64,000 nucleotides of DNA from Klebsormidium nitens (GCA_000708835.1 DF236961.1:310001-374000); one strand, 5' to 3'; numbered from the stretch's first letter, positions 38,301 through 50,916 are shown. Program-made: numbers and translations. The notes: generated by a model not told the origin, from the sequence alone.

Positions 38301-41300
38301 ACCCCTGCTGAAACGCCTTTGGGTCAAAGCCCCACCCAGCTCCATAACCATGATTCGACCAGTTCGGATGAGCTCCTTGGATCGTTCCGTCACCCTCCCT
38401 CATGTCTGCCTCTTTGGGGCAGAGTCCCTCCCTTCCACCCCCCCCAAACGAACGCTCCACCGCTTGTGGGTGGAGCTCCCCCCCGTGCAGCTCCGCTCAA
38501 ACACTTTCCGGACAATGTCGGATTTTTTTTTGACAATCTTGGACTCCATTTTTATCACTTCTGCTCCTGTCAGGCGCATTCTGTCAATTACATAACGGCT
38601 TCTCGTCCCTTGCAGAACCTGCCCCCTCGACTCCCCCACAATCGCTCCACCGCCTGTGGGTGGAGCTCCCCCCCGCCCATCTCCGCTCTGATTCGTTCCG
38701 GACGTTTCGGACTGCGTACCGGGAGGAGGTCCGGCGGCTGCGGTGCTGGACGGCGACGTATGTCGGAGAGGGCCTCCTGCCGCTCATAAGCGACCGGCAC
38801 TTCGGCATATGCAATGCACTGCCTGGCATTCAGCATCGTCAGGCGAGGTGAGCGTGACGTCATCTTCCTCACATGTTGCTCACTTCTGGAAGGGCCTCCT
38901 ACCGCTTATCACCGGCCTGCACTTACGGCACGCGTAATGCGCCGCCCGTCATGCCGCACAGTCAGGCGAGGTGAGCGTGACGTCATCTTTTCCAGTTCAT
39001 TCTTTGGGTCAAAAGGATGAGCGACGCGCGTCGTTGGGGAAGGGCCTTTCTGCCGCTCATCAGCGACGCGCACTTCGGCATATGCAACGCACTGCCAGGG
39101 ATTCAACAGCGACAGCCGAGGTGATGCTGACGTCATCTTTTCACGTCACGTCATTGACCAGTAGAGCAAGCGACCTGCCGAGTAGCTTCGCTTGGGAAGG
39201 GCCTCGTGGTGCTCATCGGCGACCTGCACTTTGGCATATTCAACGCACTGCCCGGGATTAAGCGCCGTCAGGCGAGGTGAGGATAACGTCATCTGTTTCA
39301 GTTCGAAAGATTCATGATTTACTGAAAGGGTGAGCGACGCAACGTACTTGTTTGATGATTTATTGAAAGGGTGAGTGACGCACCGTACGTGTTTGATTGG
39401 GAAGGGCCTCCTGCCGCTCTTCAACGGACTGCACTTCCCCGTGTGCAGCGCAGTGCCTGGGACGAATACCGCCAGGCGAGGTGAGTACTGACGACAATTT
39501 AGATTTTCCGGAATGTGATTTGTAGATTCGGCGGCGGCTCCGTAGACTGAAACCAATTTTCGACAAAAGGTTCGATATCGACCGAGTACTGTTCTTGACA
39601 GGGAGGGGGCTTTTCTGAACGACGTTCTTGGCCCCACCTTTATCGTCCCCCAGTCTTTTCTGGGAAAGCGGAGTAAAGAGAATAAGAGGCGTCTTGTGTT
39701 TCGGGTTTGGTAAATTGGCCGACGAAATGGCTTTCCTGAGATGGCTCGTTAAGTTGCGGGTTTGAAGTACAAATGACCGAGTCGGATGCTGTCAGACCGG
39801 GTATCATAGGTGTGATGGCGCTTGAAAGCCCGTCAATCCCGAACTCAAGACGCCAAAGTGAGATTCTACTCCCCTCGACAGAAAGATGTCCACGAAGGGC
39901 GCTGTGGGGTGCTTACGTCACGGACAATCCCAACAACGTGAGCCCGTGTGAAATGCAACAACAGCAAAATTACAGCACGAAATAAGTGGCCCATTGGCCC
40001 AGTAATAAAATCCTACAACTCTGAAAGTCTCTTTTCTCTGCAGGATGATGTTCTCTAAAGGCTCCCTGTGGGTCGCTTGCAACACTGACACGCTGGACAA
40101 CGGGAGCCCATACGGAATGCAACATCGGCAAAATTACAGCACGAAAAGAGTGGCCCACGGACCCCACTTAACACAAAACCCAAGACCCTAAACTTCATGG
40201 TTCAAAGCCACCTCTTCGGTGCAGGATGACGTTTGCTAAAGGCGCGCTGTGGGGTGCTTACGTCATTGACATGCTGGACAACGCAAGCCCATACAAGAAG
40301 CCACAACGGCAAATTTCCAGCATGAAAGGAATGCGCCGTCCACTCCCCACTTGATAAAACCTCAAATTCCTGAAAAGCAGTGACTTCAAACCCGTCTCCC
40401 TTGCAGGATGATGTTCACGAAAGGCGCGCTGTGGGGTGCTTTCGTCACTGGCACGCTGGACAGCGCGAGCCCGTGCGACCTGTACTACGCGCGGCACGAC
40501 AGCCAGCGCGAGTTCAAGGAGGGGCCGCTGCAAAAGCTGGCCAACCTGTCCAAGGGCATGCAACATAAGATGCTCAACATCGTATACCTTATGGAGGACC
40601 TCAAGGTGCGTACCTCGCAAACAATCAATTCTGTGCGATTTACTTCCTTCAATGATTGGCCCGGGACAAAACGAAACTAGGGTGCTCAAGAGTGCTCTCC
40701 GCTGCGCAGTCTAACAAATGTCTCGAAAAGAGCCACTAACGAGTGCCAATTCCTAAAGCCAGTCTTGAGTTCGGCAGGGGTTTCCAATGATTCAGCAGTG
40801 TTACTTTACTGATGTTCCAACAGAAACGTGACCTGAAACAGCTTTTTGGGTCGAGGTTTAAGGGATGGTTCAAAGAGAAGAGAAGCCTGAGATGGAGAAG
40901 CACCCCTTTGTCGATCAAGGGAAACATGCGAGCCGTGCTGACTTTGAGCTACGGCGTTAGCGGCACAGATGGGTTGCCATTCCTACGCTTTCTGGAGCCT
41001 CTTGAAAGTCAAAGGAGCGCTTTTTCGACCTGATGAATCAAAAAGAAACTCGTTGGAGACATGCATCAGCCATAGTAAGCACTCTGCTGGTTCGAAGGTT
41101 CACGTATCAGGGTCTTTGCAAAGTCGAACAAACGACATGCAAAGTCCAGATAAGGGGATTTCGGCGTCTGGCTTTGCCGACTCGCCTACGAAGTCCCGTC
41201 AAAGCAAGAGGCCTGATTTTCTTCTCTTTCAAGGCTTGTTCTCTGGTATTCTGAGATGGTATATGGGGGCGGCACCGGGCAAACCGGGTCGACGTCAAAG

Positions 41301-43313
41301 GGATGCCTTTAAATCCGGCATCGGCATCGCGCAGAACCATCGACCTGAGCCAGGGCAGCCCAAATTGGGCCGTCTCAATCTCCCCGACGCTGAGCAGCAA
41401 CGCTCTCCCCGTATTCCGCCGGAATCCGCCGGATTCTGAAACGGCATCCTTCCACTCGCAGGACGAAGCTACATACGGCCCCGACCTTTACCGCCTCTAC
41501 GGCGCACTCCATAAGTCCGGCGGCCTCGCCCTCCCTCCCCCCGTGCGCGGTCACGCGTACCACCAAATCTCCTTCCCCGAGCTCACGGACCCAAAACCGC
41601 CGTCCCCGTCACAGGGGGGTGAATCCTCCGGCAAAAGCAACCCCCTGGACGCGGACGACGTGGAGTTGATCAAGTTTGAGGAGAAGCCGCTGTTCAACCC
41701 GTGTACGTTATTGCCCAACGGTCATTTGGCGCCTTGGGGGTCGTTCTGGTTTAATAAGAAGCGGCTCCTTGCGACGGGAAAGGGTTTGCAGGAAGCGGGA
41801 GAGCGGGGGAGGCAACTTGTACAGGTAGGTCTTGGAAGGACGGGCATTGATCCGACTGATGGTTGAGCTTACGGTGAAAGTCAGCTTCCGCTATCAAGGG
41901 AGCGATAACAACCGATGATGCTTCTTTTCAGCAGCAAAATCTACGTGTGTCGTTTATGTGAAAGGCTCTTTGTTAGAATTGAAGCGCATCGGAAAACGAA
42001 TACCAATATTTGAAAGTAGAGTCATAATCTTGGTTGGCCGGATTTTGTTAGGGGTCAAGGCCGGGTTTGGATGTTAGCAGACCAAACCAGAAGGTCAGGA
42101 TCTCAGAACTGCTGCTTCCAACTACTGATTCGAGACTTGAGCAATAACACGCGGAGTCTCTTATCGTGTAAATCTGGATACAAGATATAGTTGCGTATGT
42201 CTTATCCGTAGACGCTCTTTTCCTCGCGTCTTCCTTTCCTCAATCCAATATGTATTGTGTGCAGGGTCTCGCGCAACAAACATTGAGCGCCCACGTGAAA
42301 CGTTACGACTGTCTCGCATCCGGCGGGATGCCAACCCTAGAAAAGTACCTGGATTTCGCCAGGTATGACATGGGGATTGCGACCGGTTTGGGCCTCGCGT
42401 TTTGCGCGATCGGGCAAGGGTTAGCGGATGCCGGTCAATGGGAACCAACCGAGGTTGCGCTAACCAAGCTGTTTGAGAAGATTGCGAAGGCGCTGACGCT
42501 GACCAGCGAGATCTACCGGGTCATGACCGATCTGAGGTTAGTTGTTAACTTCGGGTTATCGTTGTGCCCTCGTTTTTGGCGGGTCGGACTAAAGCTTTCA
42601 TTGAGCCAATGCGCTTTTTCGTGCACCATGAGGGTGAGTTCTGTAAGCTATAGAGTTGGCTTTTATTTGCGCTTCCGTTCGCTCTACGTAGTAGATAGAG
42701 CTTGGGACGAAGCCCGTTGTTTTGCGAGCAATGATTGCACCTTGTCGATCTCGTTTGCTGCAACCTCAGCACCTCGCTTGGAAAGTGACGTCGACACAAG
42801 AGCGACGTCAGCGGCTGGGCTTAGCACTAAGCAGCATTTATCATTCCCCTCGTTTTCAGACTTCTCGCTGCGTCGTTCTTCGATAATGAAACGCTTAGTG
42901 CCAGCGCCTGAAATTGTCTCCTCTGACCCGCACCTCTGCGAGACGTTCCAACACGCATCATAACCTGACAATATACGCCCAGTGCCAGCGCCTCAAGCCC
43001 TCTCCTACGACCAACGTTTGCTTTCCATCTTTGCAGGACGTATCAAGACGACCTGGTGCACTGTCGGCTTAACGCCGTGGCAATCCGCATGCGGGAGGCT
43101 CTTTGTAGCAACAAGGAGGCGACCGACTTCCTCATCGCCAAAGTGGCGCTCGACGTCGAGGCGTTGGAGTCGGAGATCTTGGCGCGCGCGTTGACGGACC
43201 TGTTTTCCCGCGCATGCTGGCGGCTCATATTCGACGTGTGTCGCGGCAGCGTGGCTAGGTTTCTGGCAACGGAGCATGACCAATGTGTGGAGGTCTTGTT
43301 TCACGATGCATAA
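35386..43313 (+). CDS. orphan gene A, 7 exons (35386-36895, 37243-37410, 38616-38847, 40407-40605, 41462-41824, 42265-42536, 43037-43313), ~1006 aa hypothetical protein
   Basis: All GT-AG junctions are phase-compatible (1,1,2,0,0,2) and the spliced length is 3021 nt = 1007 codons. Every exon has a homologous exon in gene B. Confidence 0.8.
38090..38615 (+). repeat. three decayed copies of acceptor + 5' part of gene A exon 3
   Basis: AG-ending units at 38090, 38286 and 38422 precede the real acceptor at 38615. The copy at 38423 encodes ESLPSTPPKRTLHRLWVELPP versus EPAPSTPPQSLHRLWVELPP in the real exon. Confidence 0.75.
38848..39500 (+). repeat. four decayed copies of 3' part of gene A exon 3 + donor
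   Basis: The GGCGAG|GTGAG donor at 38848 recurs at 38971, 39121, 39277 and 39481, each preceded by a GAAGGGCCT...GCACT remnant of the exon. Confidence 0.85.
39870..40406 (+). repeat. three decayed copies of acceptor + 5' part of gene A exon 4
   Basis: CAG|GATGA(T/C)GTT...AAAGG...CTGTGGG units at ~39881, 40043 and 40224 precede the real acceptor at 40406. Confidence 0.85.
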
Positions 43314-44550
43314 TGGATGTCGAATGGATGGTCAAAGTTGGTTAGCCGAGTGTAAAACGCACTTGCAAAAGCACGTGGCAATAGGAAGCGCTTAGGCTGT
43401 TCCTCGCATAATCTACTCATACAAGCCTCTGATAAATGTGTCCCCTTTGTCGAACTTGACGAGCTAGGTCGCATGTGAGTTAAGGAGACGCCATCTTGGA
43501 CTGGATTACATCGGTGTCGAGCAATGTGAGTGAAATTGTGCTAGCTTGTTTGCGCATGCACCAAATTCTTTTAGCAAGTGTAGTGTCAAGCCACCGTACT
43601 CGTTCGTTAATTGGCAAGAATCATAACCGCCGAAAGAGAAGCACCACGATCCCTACTATGTTTAGTTGACTGCGTCTACTGTATGATGCTCCTTAAGCAC
43701 GCTGAAGGATAGCTCCGACTCAATTGCATGATGAAGTTGCCTAATGCATGCTTGTCTGCGAGGCTTGAGGAGTTCTGCATGGGCCCATGTCGTGGCGGCC
43801 AGCTGTTGAAGCTTACGCACTAACATGTGCAATTTACGATGTTTTTGTGAAATTTGGGTCGTATCATATGATATGGCATCGTGCATGACATGCATGTCAT
43901 GCACAAATTTGATCGCCCCTCGCGAAAGGATCTATATTCGATACAGCAGCCAGCGATCTGTTGCTTACAGACCCACATATCGCATGATCGATTTTGCATA
44001 TGCACGTGGGCAGCACGTTGTGTCGGAAACGCTACGGTTTGTGGCCGGAATATTTTGCGCACGCGTGGTAGAGGTGGCTCATGCATGGAGTTCTGCAGGC
44101 TGATTGAGCAACTCGTGCTCCCTAGGCTTATGGGCGGCCGGGATTGAGGTGACGGGGACGAATCTTGCATATGGCAGGCCAAGGTAAAAGGACTCTCAAC
44201 TATAGTAAGATCTTGATATGAGTCCTCTGGAGCCGGCCTGCATGACATGCATATTCCCACTGAGCAGCGTTTGTGTTTCTCAGTTGTGAGCCCAGCTAGT
44301 GCACGATGCAACTCATCTTATAAGATCCTGCAGCATTGCTGCTCTTTGAAATATCGAATGAACTGCAACGTATTATGGACTCTTGCTCGCTGGAGGTAGA
44401 TCTCATATACGCATTATATTTTTTCTATGTACTGTGGTGCTGTGGCAATGATAACTTGAACCAGCAGATAAAAGATATTGTATGAAAAGTCCGCAAACTG
44501 CACATGGCTATGCATACACCAACATGTTACGAATTGACGTGCAAGTGCCA

Positions 44551-44800
44551 GTACTGCCATTCGAATTCGCACCCCAGGTCCGCGAATAATTATTTTCAAA
44601 GTTTTTCTGATTTCGCATCGGCCAGGATAATTTATTTTTGTTTTCGTTTTTGCCCTTTTTGCCTGCTAAAAGAGCAAGTTTTGGGTCCAAAAATCTTGGT
44701 TTTTTCAATTCGACTTTTCGACCAGGCAGGAAATAATTTCCGAAAATTTTCGACCTGGGCTAAAATAATTATTTTCTATGCGAATTCACAATGGCAGTAC
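44551..44800. mobile_element. MITE, 250 bp, AT-rich
   Basis: GTACTGCCATTCGAATTCGCA ... TGCGAATTCACAATGGCAGTAC imperfect TIR with TA at both ends, plus an internal CCCAGG/CCTGGG and AATAATTATTTT mirror. Confidence 0.75.
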
Positions 44801-45017
44801 CAGTGTTCTCTTACACTACGGGCAGTTTGCGACTAGAATGTACAAATATTGCGACAGAATGCAGACCTGGCTTTGTATGCCGAATCCAAGATTGGTCCCT
44901 TAACATAGTCTGGTCAGGCAGCGTCCAAAGTAGCGTAGTGACTTGCTTTGAACACTTGTATTCTCAAAGTCTCATATTTTTTAAGTAGCCTGGTGTGTTC
45001 GGTGAGGACTTTACCGA

Positions 45018-45947
45018 CTACTTGCACGCTCCACCAGACAAGCACGAGTACACAATCTGCTCATACGCATTTTGTCCCTTGACATTGGGGTGGTACGACT
45101 CATCAGAGCCCCGGACATATGGAAAGGAACCTATCTTCTCAGAGGTTACGTCGTTGATCCAGGGGTCCTTTGCACAGACGGCGTGCCCCTCGAACGCGTT
45201 CCGAGTGTCAACGAACTGGAATCTAGGCATGTCAACCATACTAAGCTTGATCACATCCGCCAGCTCATTGGCCAGCCGATTCAGGCCAGTCGTTTCTTGG
45301 TCTGTAAGAAAGAGTCTCGAATCACAACTCACGTTTGTGAAAAGCCTTGGATAGCCAGTCACCAGGACCCGTGCGTTTGGTGCAACAGATCGCAGCACCT
45401 TGTATAGCAGAGACAGCCTCCTTGGTAGCTTGTTGGCGATGAATTCAGAAGCGGCATCCAGCTTGCAGGGCGCATCACCGAAGCGGAAGCCTCCTCCTCC
45501 CGGTCCGCTGACTAGTTGAACAGACGGGTCAAACAGGACACACTCTTTGAGCACATCGCCGAACCCCGCGTCATTGCCCCCGACACTAAGCAACACCACC
45601 TCCGTCACGTTTAGATATCCAGCTGACAGCAAGCTCAGCTGGTCATACACGTTGCCGCTTTGAGCACCATTGCATGCCAGGGAGGTCAGTTGCACATTGA
45701 GGCGCTTGGCAAGGAGCTCTGGCCATGCAACAGGTGATCGTTTGCACTCAAGGCTCGACTTGACGTAGTTGTCGGTACTCCCCACCCCTGCTGCGTAGGA
45801 GTCTCCCAGAGCTAGATACACCGGGCGCCGGCCTGCAGGTTCGTTCCAATCCGATGATTCTGAGTGTGGTTCCTTCAGCCCGATCGTATATTTCTGATTA
45901 TGTCTTGCAAAGAGGTGGATAAAAGAAAGATACAAAACAAGTAGCAT
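45018..45947 (-). CDS. SGNH/GDSL hydrolase of the Streptomyces esterase/lipase (SEST-like) type; catalytic domain intronless
   Basis: Block I LALGDSYAAG, block II LACNGA, block III SVGGNDAGF, VTGYPRLF, FEGHAVC and block V ESYHPNVKG. Confidence 0.92.
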   Translation of the reverse strand: MLLVLYLSFIHLFARHNQKYTIGLKEPHSESSDWNEPAGRRPVYLALGDSYAAGVGSTDNYVKSSLECKRSPVAWPELLAKRLNVQLTSLACNGAQSGNVYDQLSLLSAGYLNVTEVVLLSVGGNDAGFGDVLKECVLFDPSVQLVSGPGGGGFRFGDAPCKLDAASEFIANKLPRRLSLLYKVLRSVAPNARVLVTGYPRLFTNVSCDSRLFLTDQETTGLNRLANELADVIKLSMVDMPRFQFVDTRNAFEGHAVCAKDPWINDVTSEKIGSFPYVRGSDESYHPNVKGQNAYEQIVYSCLSGGACK

Positions 45948-46506
45948 TGCAGCACAGCAGGGTTGTTGCAGGATTCCTCTTGTATTCCTCCCATTGTTGA
46001 ACGCCTTCCCAAGGGGAGGTCGTAGAAAGGGCAGTGTACAAGTTAGTCACTACAAAGTACTTGTGCACACCCTTTGATAATACAGGACGCCACAGCGAGA
46101 ATGTTGCTGCTTGAGTTGCAAAGCGGCAGAAGCTCCATGAGAGAGTTCTCAAATGATGCTAGTCTAAAAGAGCCTCCTTTTGTTTGTTCCAGTCAAAAGA
46201 TTACCGTCCGGTGGTTGCTGAAAAGGCAACTTCCAACTTAATCTTTCCATCAGAGATAGATTACCACTATAATATATGATATGAGAGCTGACTTTACAGA
46301 GATGGGGACGAGGGGCCTATGTTCTTAGCCTAATGTTCTAAAGCTCATATCTGCCGGCCCATATCATATTCTCAGCAGTACACATTGTTTTCACCAATGA
46401 GATGCGGTGCAGTCTACACAGACGTGATCAAGTGCTCACTAGCAACACTAATTCTTTAAGGATCGCGTTAGCAAATGCCCTGAAGATAACCACCTCGTGG
46501 ACTTAC

Positions 46507-46861
46507 CCTGACCCAGCGTCGCATATGTCAAGCAGCATTGGAAGTCTTCTGGTCCCGGGCATTCATCAGTCTTGCTTTCCCCTGAGCACTGGTCCAACCA
46601 TCCGCAGGAACCACCCAGCGAGCAGGATGTCTTGTAGCAGCATTTTACATCTTCTGGGTCATTCTTGCAGTAACCAGCCGCGTAATTGCCTCCGCCAGCT
46701 GTGCACGTTGACGTTTTCAAACACACCCCGGCATTGGGACCAGCAGCGCACCGATCATTGAGTGCGCTCTCAGCATGACGAGCTGCTTTTAAGCAAGCTG
46801 CAGACATCAGCCATACAAACAACACCATCTTGCAAAGCGCTTGGTAGGGAGGACACTTCAT
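46507..46861 (-). CDS. secreted 12-Cys two-repeat module; exon ends in a phase-1 donor, probably exon 1 of the SGNH gene
   Basis: Signal-like MVLFVWLMSAACLKA, then C-x8-C-x5-C-x11-C-x8-CC and C-x5-C-x5-C-x8-C-x7-CC, then donor G|GTAAGT at 46506. Confidence 0.7.
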
Positions 46862-49299
46862 GGGCCCACTTCATCTGAAGCACATTATCGTATAAAAGTT
46901 AGGTGTATTACTATTACAAGTGGAACCGTCTCTGGCTGAGTGGGAGGGCACGGGGGGACACCCTTTACGAAGCTACGCGTGCTGTTCATGGCTGGTTGAC
47001 CAATGTCTTTGAAGTTGGCACAGCACTCAAGTCTCAAAAGCGCGCCACACGTTTCGTGATCGCTGCATCACTGACCATCTCCTTCTATCCGAACCAACTT
47101 GATCGTCCGTAGAACCCGAGTGTGAATCAGGGGATGTGTGACCATCGCAACGGATCTCTAATCGTAAATAAAAGTACGGACGGTATTCACATTCTCTGAC
47201 ACGCAAACACATGCTCAGGAATAAATACTCTGACAGAAGTAAGATGCGATCGAGACCGAGACCAATTGGTGATCAATCTCTCTCTAATCATTGATAGGCA
47301 AGTCGTCAGACTGGTGGCGACTTTCCGCTCATGCAGCTCGGTCCCGCCACGTGGCACTCTTGTGCGTAGTGCTACTCGGAATCCGGATTAATTGGATCAC
47401 TTTGCAGGGTGACCGGCCGAATTTGCGGCGCGCCACTGGCCGGTCATCATGACGCAAGTCGGACAAAGTACACTACCGTACGGTATTACGGCATACAGAA
47501 CATGGTCGGCCGCCCGCAAACGGGCGGGGATAGCTTGCCTCTTATCGGCGAGGATGTCACGTGCAACAATGGATGCTGTAAGTTGCACGCAATATATGGG
47601 GTATTTGCAGGCACTAATATTAGCTCAGTGCAGACAAGCCCATATTGGCAAGTGCGTGCCAGAGTTCAGTATCACCTCGTAGATTAGTAGGGAGTGGCAA
47701 ATGTTCAGCCTCTGTAGGGTTTATTTATCTTCGAACACTGGCGATCATTTGTCGCAGACTGCCGCATCCCACTAGGCGGCGCGGAGCGGCGTCGTACAGT
47801 GTTGCCCAAAGCGCGGCTGGCGTGGAAGTGGGGGGAAAGTGGCTTGAAATCTAAAACCAGTGGCTTCTCTAAGTTAGAGGCAAGCCAATGAATATCCTGC
47901 TTGAGGGCATATCCTGTTTGCGAGATTCAAGCCCCTCTTTGATACCTTCATGTCGAAGCTCCCCTGTAAGATTTTATCAATCCTAGCGGGCCGGGATATA
48001 CTATAACCGGCCCGAATATTTTTGACAATTCCGGCCATCCGGCCACTGATTACACCGTTCTTTGGGACTGATTCCGGGTCTCAACACCTTCCTGTAATTA
48101 ACTTCGGGATCACCGCAGACTGAGCCTGTACACTCTTCCTTTTTCTAACGCTTGCATGCTACTCATGCATGCCTGCTTTGACTCTCTGCTTGCACATTGT
48201 TTGCTACTATCATGGCATGCATGATGCTTGCAGTGTGTTCCTTTGCGTTAGCTGTTTGGGGGGTATTGAGCATTGTTAGCGCCTGCAAGGATATAGCTAG
48301 ATACCATGTGGCAGCGTAGCTACGGATCCAAATAGGATCCAAATATCCTGAGACCCTTGGACTCGGTCCCAGTTAGATTGATGACTGCAGTTGACATGCA
48401 ATGCTTAATTGATACCTGTGGCCCCGCGGTCACGGTTCCTTGATTCAATGTACATGACTTTTCCCTTCCGTTGATGAGATAGTGAACAGTATTACAGTAG
48501 AGTCAACACTCGAGCCGACTGGGCACGGCAACTATAATGATTCAATCAGCACTCGGCTTATAAGATGCTTAACTTGTCTCAAAGACACTCTTCTGCTTAA
48601 CCAGAGCAATCCGATTCTGCAATTTTGCAGAGTGATTCGTTGTTCGCCTCTCCTGCGGTCACGTCGGGTGCTTGGTACTGTACACTACATACCATCGGAA
48701 AAACGTTACACTGACTTAAACTCTTCCAAGCACTACGTTCTCGAATCTATACTTCACTTAATCATCTGTAGATCGTGGGCGGCCATTGCTCCAGCTACGA
48801 TCGTGACTGGCAGCCGTGCTGCAGGCTGCTCATACGACGTCAAACAACTCGTTGGTGCAACGTCCTTGTTCCATCATTCTGAACCGCGCTATACACGTGT
48901 GACATAAGTCGAATGCGAGTTGCCAACAAATCCTCGAGAAGCGGTCCTTGGGAGCCCGGGAAACGATCTCGGCTTCCAACGACTCAATATCGTCGGCCAC
49001 TTTGGCGACCAGATAATCAATGGCTTCTTTGTGACTGCACAGTGCTTCGCGCATCCAAATGGCCACGGCGTTTAACCGGCACTGAACCAAGTCCGCCTCA
49101 TACGTCCTGCGAGGAAAGTGCCAGAGGAATCCTCAAATTTCGCCACGTGTTGCTTAAAGGAGGTCGCCTGACAAAGCAGCGCTAGTCACTTCCGCAATTT
49201 TGATGATTTTAGTAGATTCGAGGGCCCGGGACATTGTTCGCACCCACGGTTTGATGGAGAGGAGTCCAGTTGTCAACTCGTACAAGAGTGAAATGAGTG

Positions 49300-49885
49300 T
49301 CGAAGATTGCCTGACTCACCGACGAGCTTTCGGGCCAAATTCTCATACAACGAGATCTGACACAAAGCTACCCAATCCGCTCTTGATATACATCACAAGA
49401 CTGTCAGAGCCCCAAACAAGTCGACCGGAACTGAGACAACCATTCAAGACAACGATAACCTTGGAACCCCAAGAATGTTTAGGACTCACTGACATCGCTC
49501 ATGATTCAACACCACGCTTGTCCGTGCGAGATTTAGAGCTCAGCATATCGCTCAGGGTTACCATCACCAGAAAACCCAGAGCCCGGCAAACAAGTCGACC
49601 GGAACTGAGACATCCAACCCAAGTGCCCGATTTTTTGTACAGCGCGCGCTCACACAAGACGACAAGAATCTTCAATTCCTAGCAATGGTCAGGACTCACC
49701 TGACATCGCTCATGACCCGGAACACCATGCTTGTCCGCGCAAGATTGCAGAGCTCACCAAGCGCTCATGATTCATAACAAGAGAATCCCGAGCCCAAACA
49801 AGTCGACCGGAACTGAGGCAGTCGTTGAACCCTTAACCCTTAACCCTTAACGTCTAACCCTTAACGAAGAATGGTTAGGACTAAC
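49300..49885 (-). repeat. decayed copies of 3' part of gene B exon 6 + donor
   Basis: The ATGAGCGATGTCAG|GT(T/G)AGTCC donor at 49885 recurs at 49699 and 49489, with a weaker remnant at 49319. The intronic AAACAAGTCGACCGGAACTGAG is repeated three times. Confidence 0.8.
49828..49864. repeat. telomere-like (AACCCTT)n interstitial microsatellite
   Basis: AACCCTTAACCCTTAACCCTTAAC..TAACCCTTAAC inside a gene B intron. Confidence 0.5.
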
Positions 49886-50916
49886 CTGACATCGCTCATA
49901 ATCCGAAACACGCCGCCAGCGAGCGCGAGCGCCCCCTCGGCCGCGTCAAACAGCCCTTCCAAGCCGGGTTCCGTCGGCGTCCATTGAGCGGAATCCCCTA
50001 GCTCTTGCCCGATCGCGCAGAACGCCAAGCCGAGAGCGGTGGTCACACCCGAAGTGTACCGGGCGAAAGCCAGGTACTTCTCCAGGGAGGGAGTGCCCCC
50101 GGCCGCCATGCAGTCGAAGCGCTTCACGTGGGAGCTCAGCGTCAGTTCCGTTAAGCCCTGCGCCAGCCAAGCCACTAAGTTAAGTTTTCCCCTCCCCCTT
50201 TTTCCTTTTCTGTCTTGTTTGTTTTTCCTTCTGGCCGCAGCCGATTTCCCCTCACTTTCTGTTGCCGCTTCTTTGTTGTACCCCTTGCGGGCTCTTCGTG
50301 AACGCGTGGGAACGAGGCTTTCAAACACCTTCTACTGAGAAAACAAATTTGGGTACATCCAGCCACCGCTTTCTATTGCGGTGGCATAATTTCGAAGATT
50401 GTGCTGGAGCGTGCTTTAGGAAGTTCAGGTGGTCAACCGCCCGGCTCACAAATGAGTGGCACTCGAAACAAAGAATAACAGGTGCCGAACATTTGGGTGC
50501 ATCAACCGGAGACTTACTTATTTCAGAACCAAAAAAGAAACATGAGTTGGCGCCTGCTCAGCTTGAAAGTTTACCTGCACCAGTTGCCGCCCGCGCGCCC
50601 CCGCACGCGCCAGGCCCTTCCCCGTCGCCTCGAGCCGCTTCTCGTTGAACCAGAACGTGCCCCACCGGAACGCGAACGGATTCTTCTGGAAGATGCACTT
50701 GTTGAAGAGCGGCTCGTCTTCGAATTCGATAAGCTCCACTTCGTCAGAAGCGGGAGTTGCACCCGTTTCAAGAAGTGGGGGTTCAGGATCGGTGAGCTTA
50801 GGAAAGGAGATTTGGTGGTAACCGTAGCCGGCAAACGCGAGCGGGCGGTGCACGCCCGCCGACTTATGCAGCGCGCCGTATGTGCGGTATACTTCGGGGC
50901 CGTATGCCGCCTCGTC

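Noticed and set aside
47346-47355. G-box GCCACGTGGC upstream of the Cys-rich gene
   Set aside because: A single short motif that is expected by chance, with no supporting context.
47986-48012. GGGCCGG-N12-CCGGCCC hairpin as a Helitron 3' end
   Set aside because: No CTRR terminus follows it.
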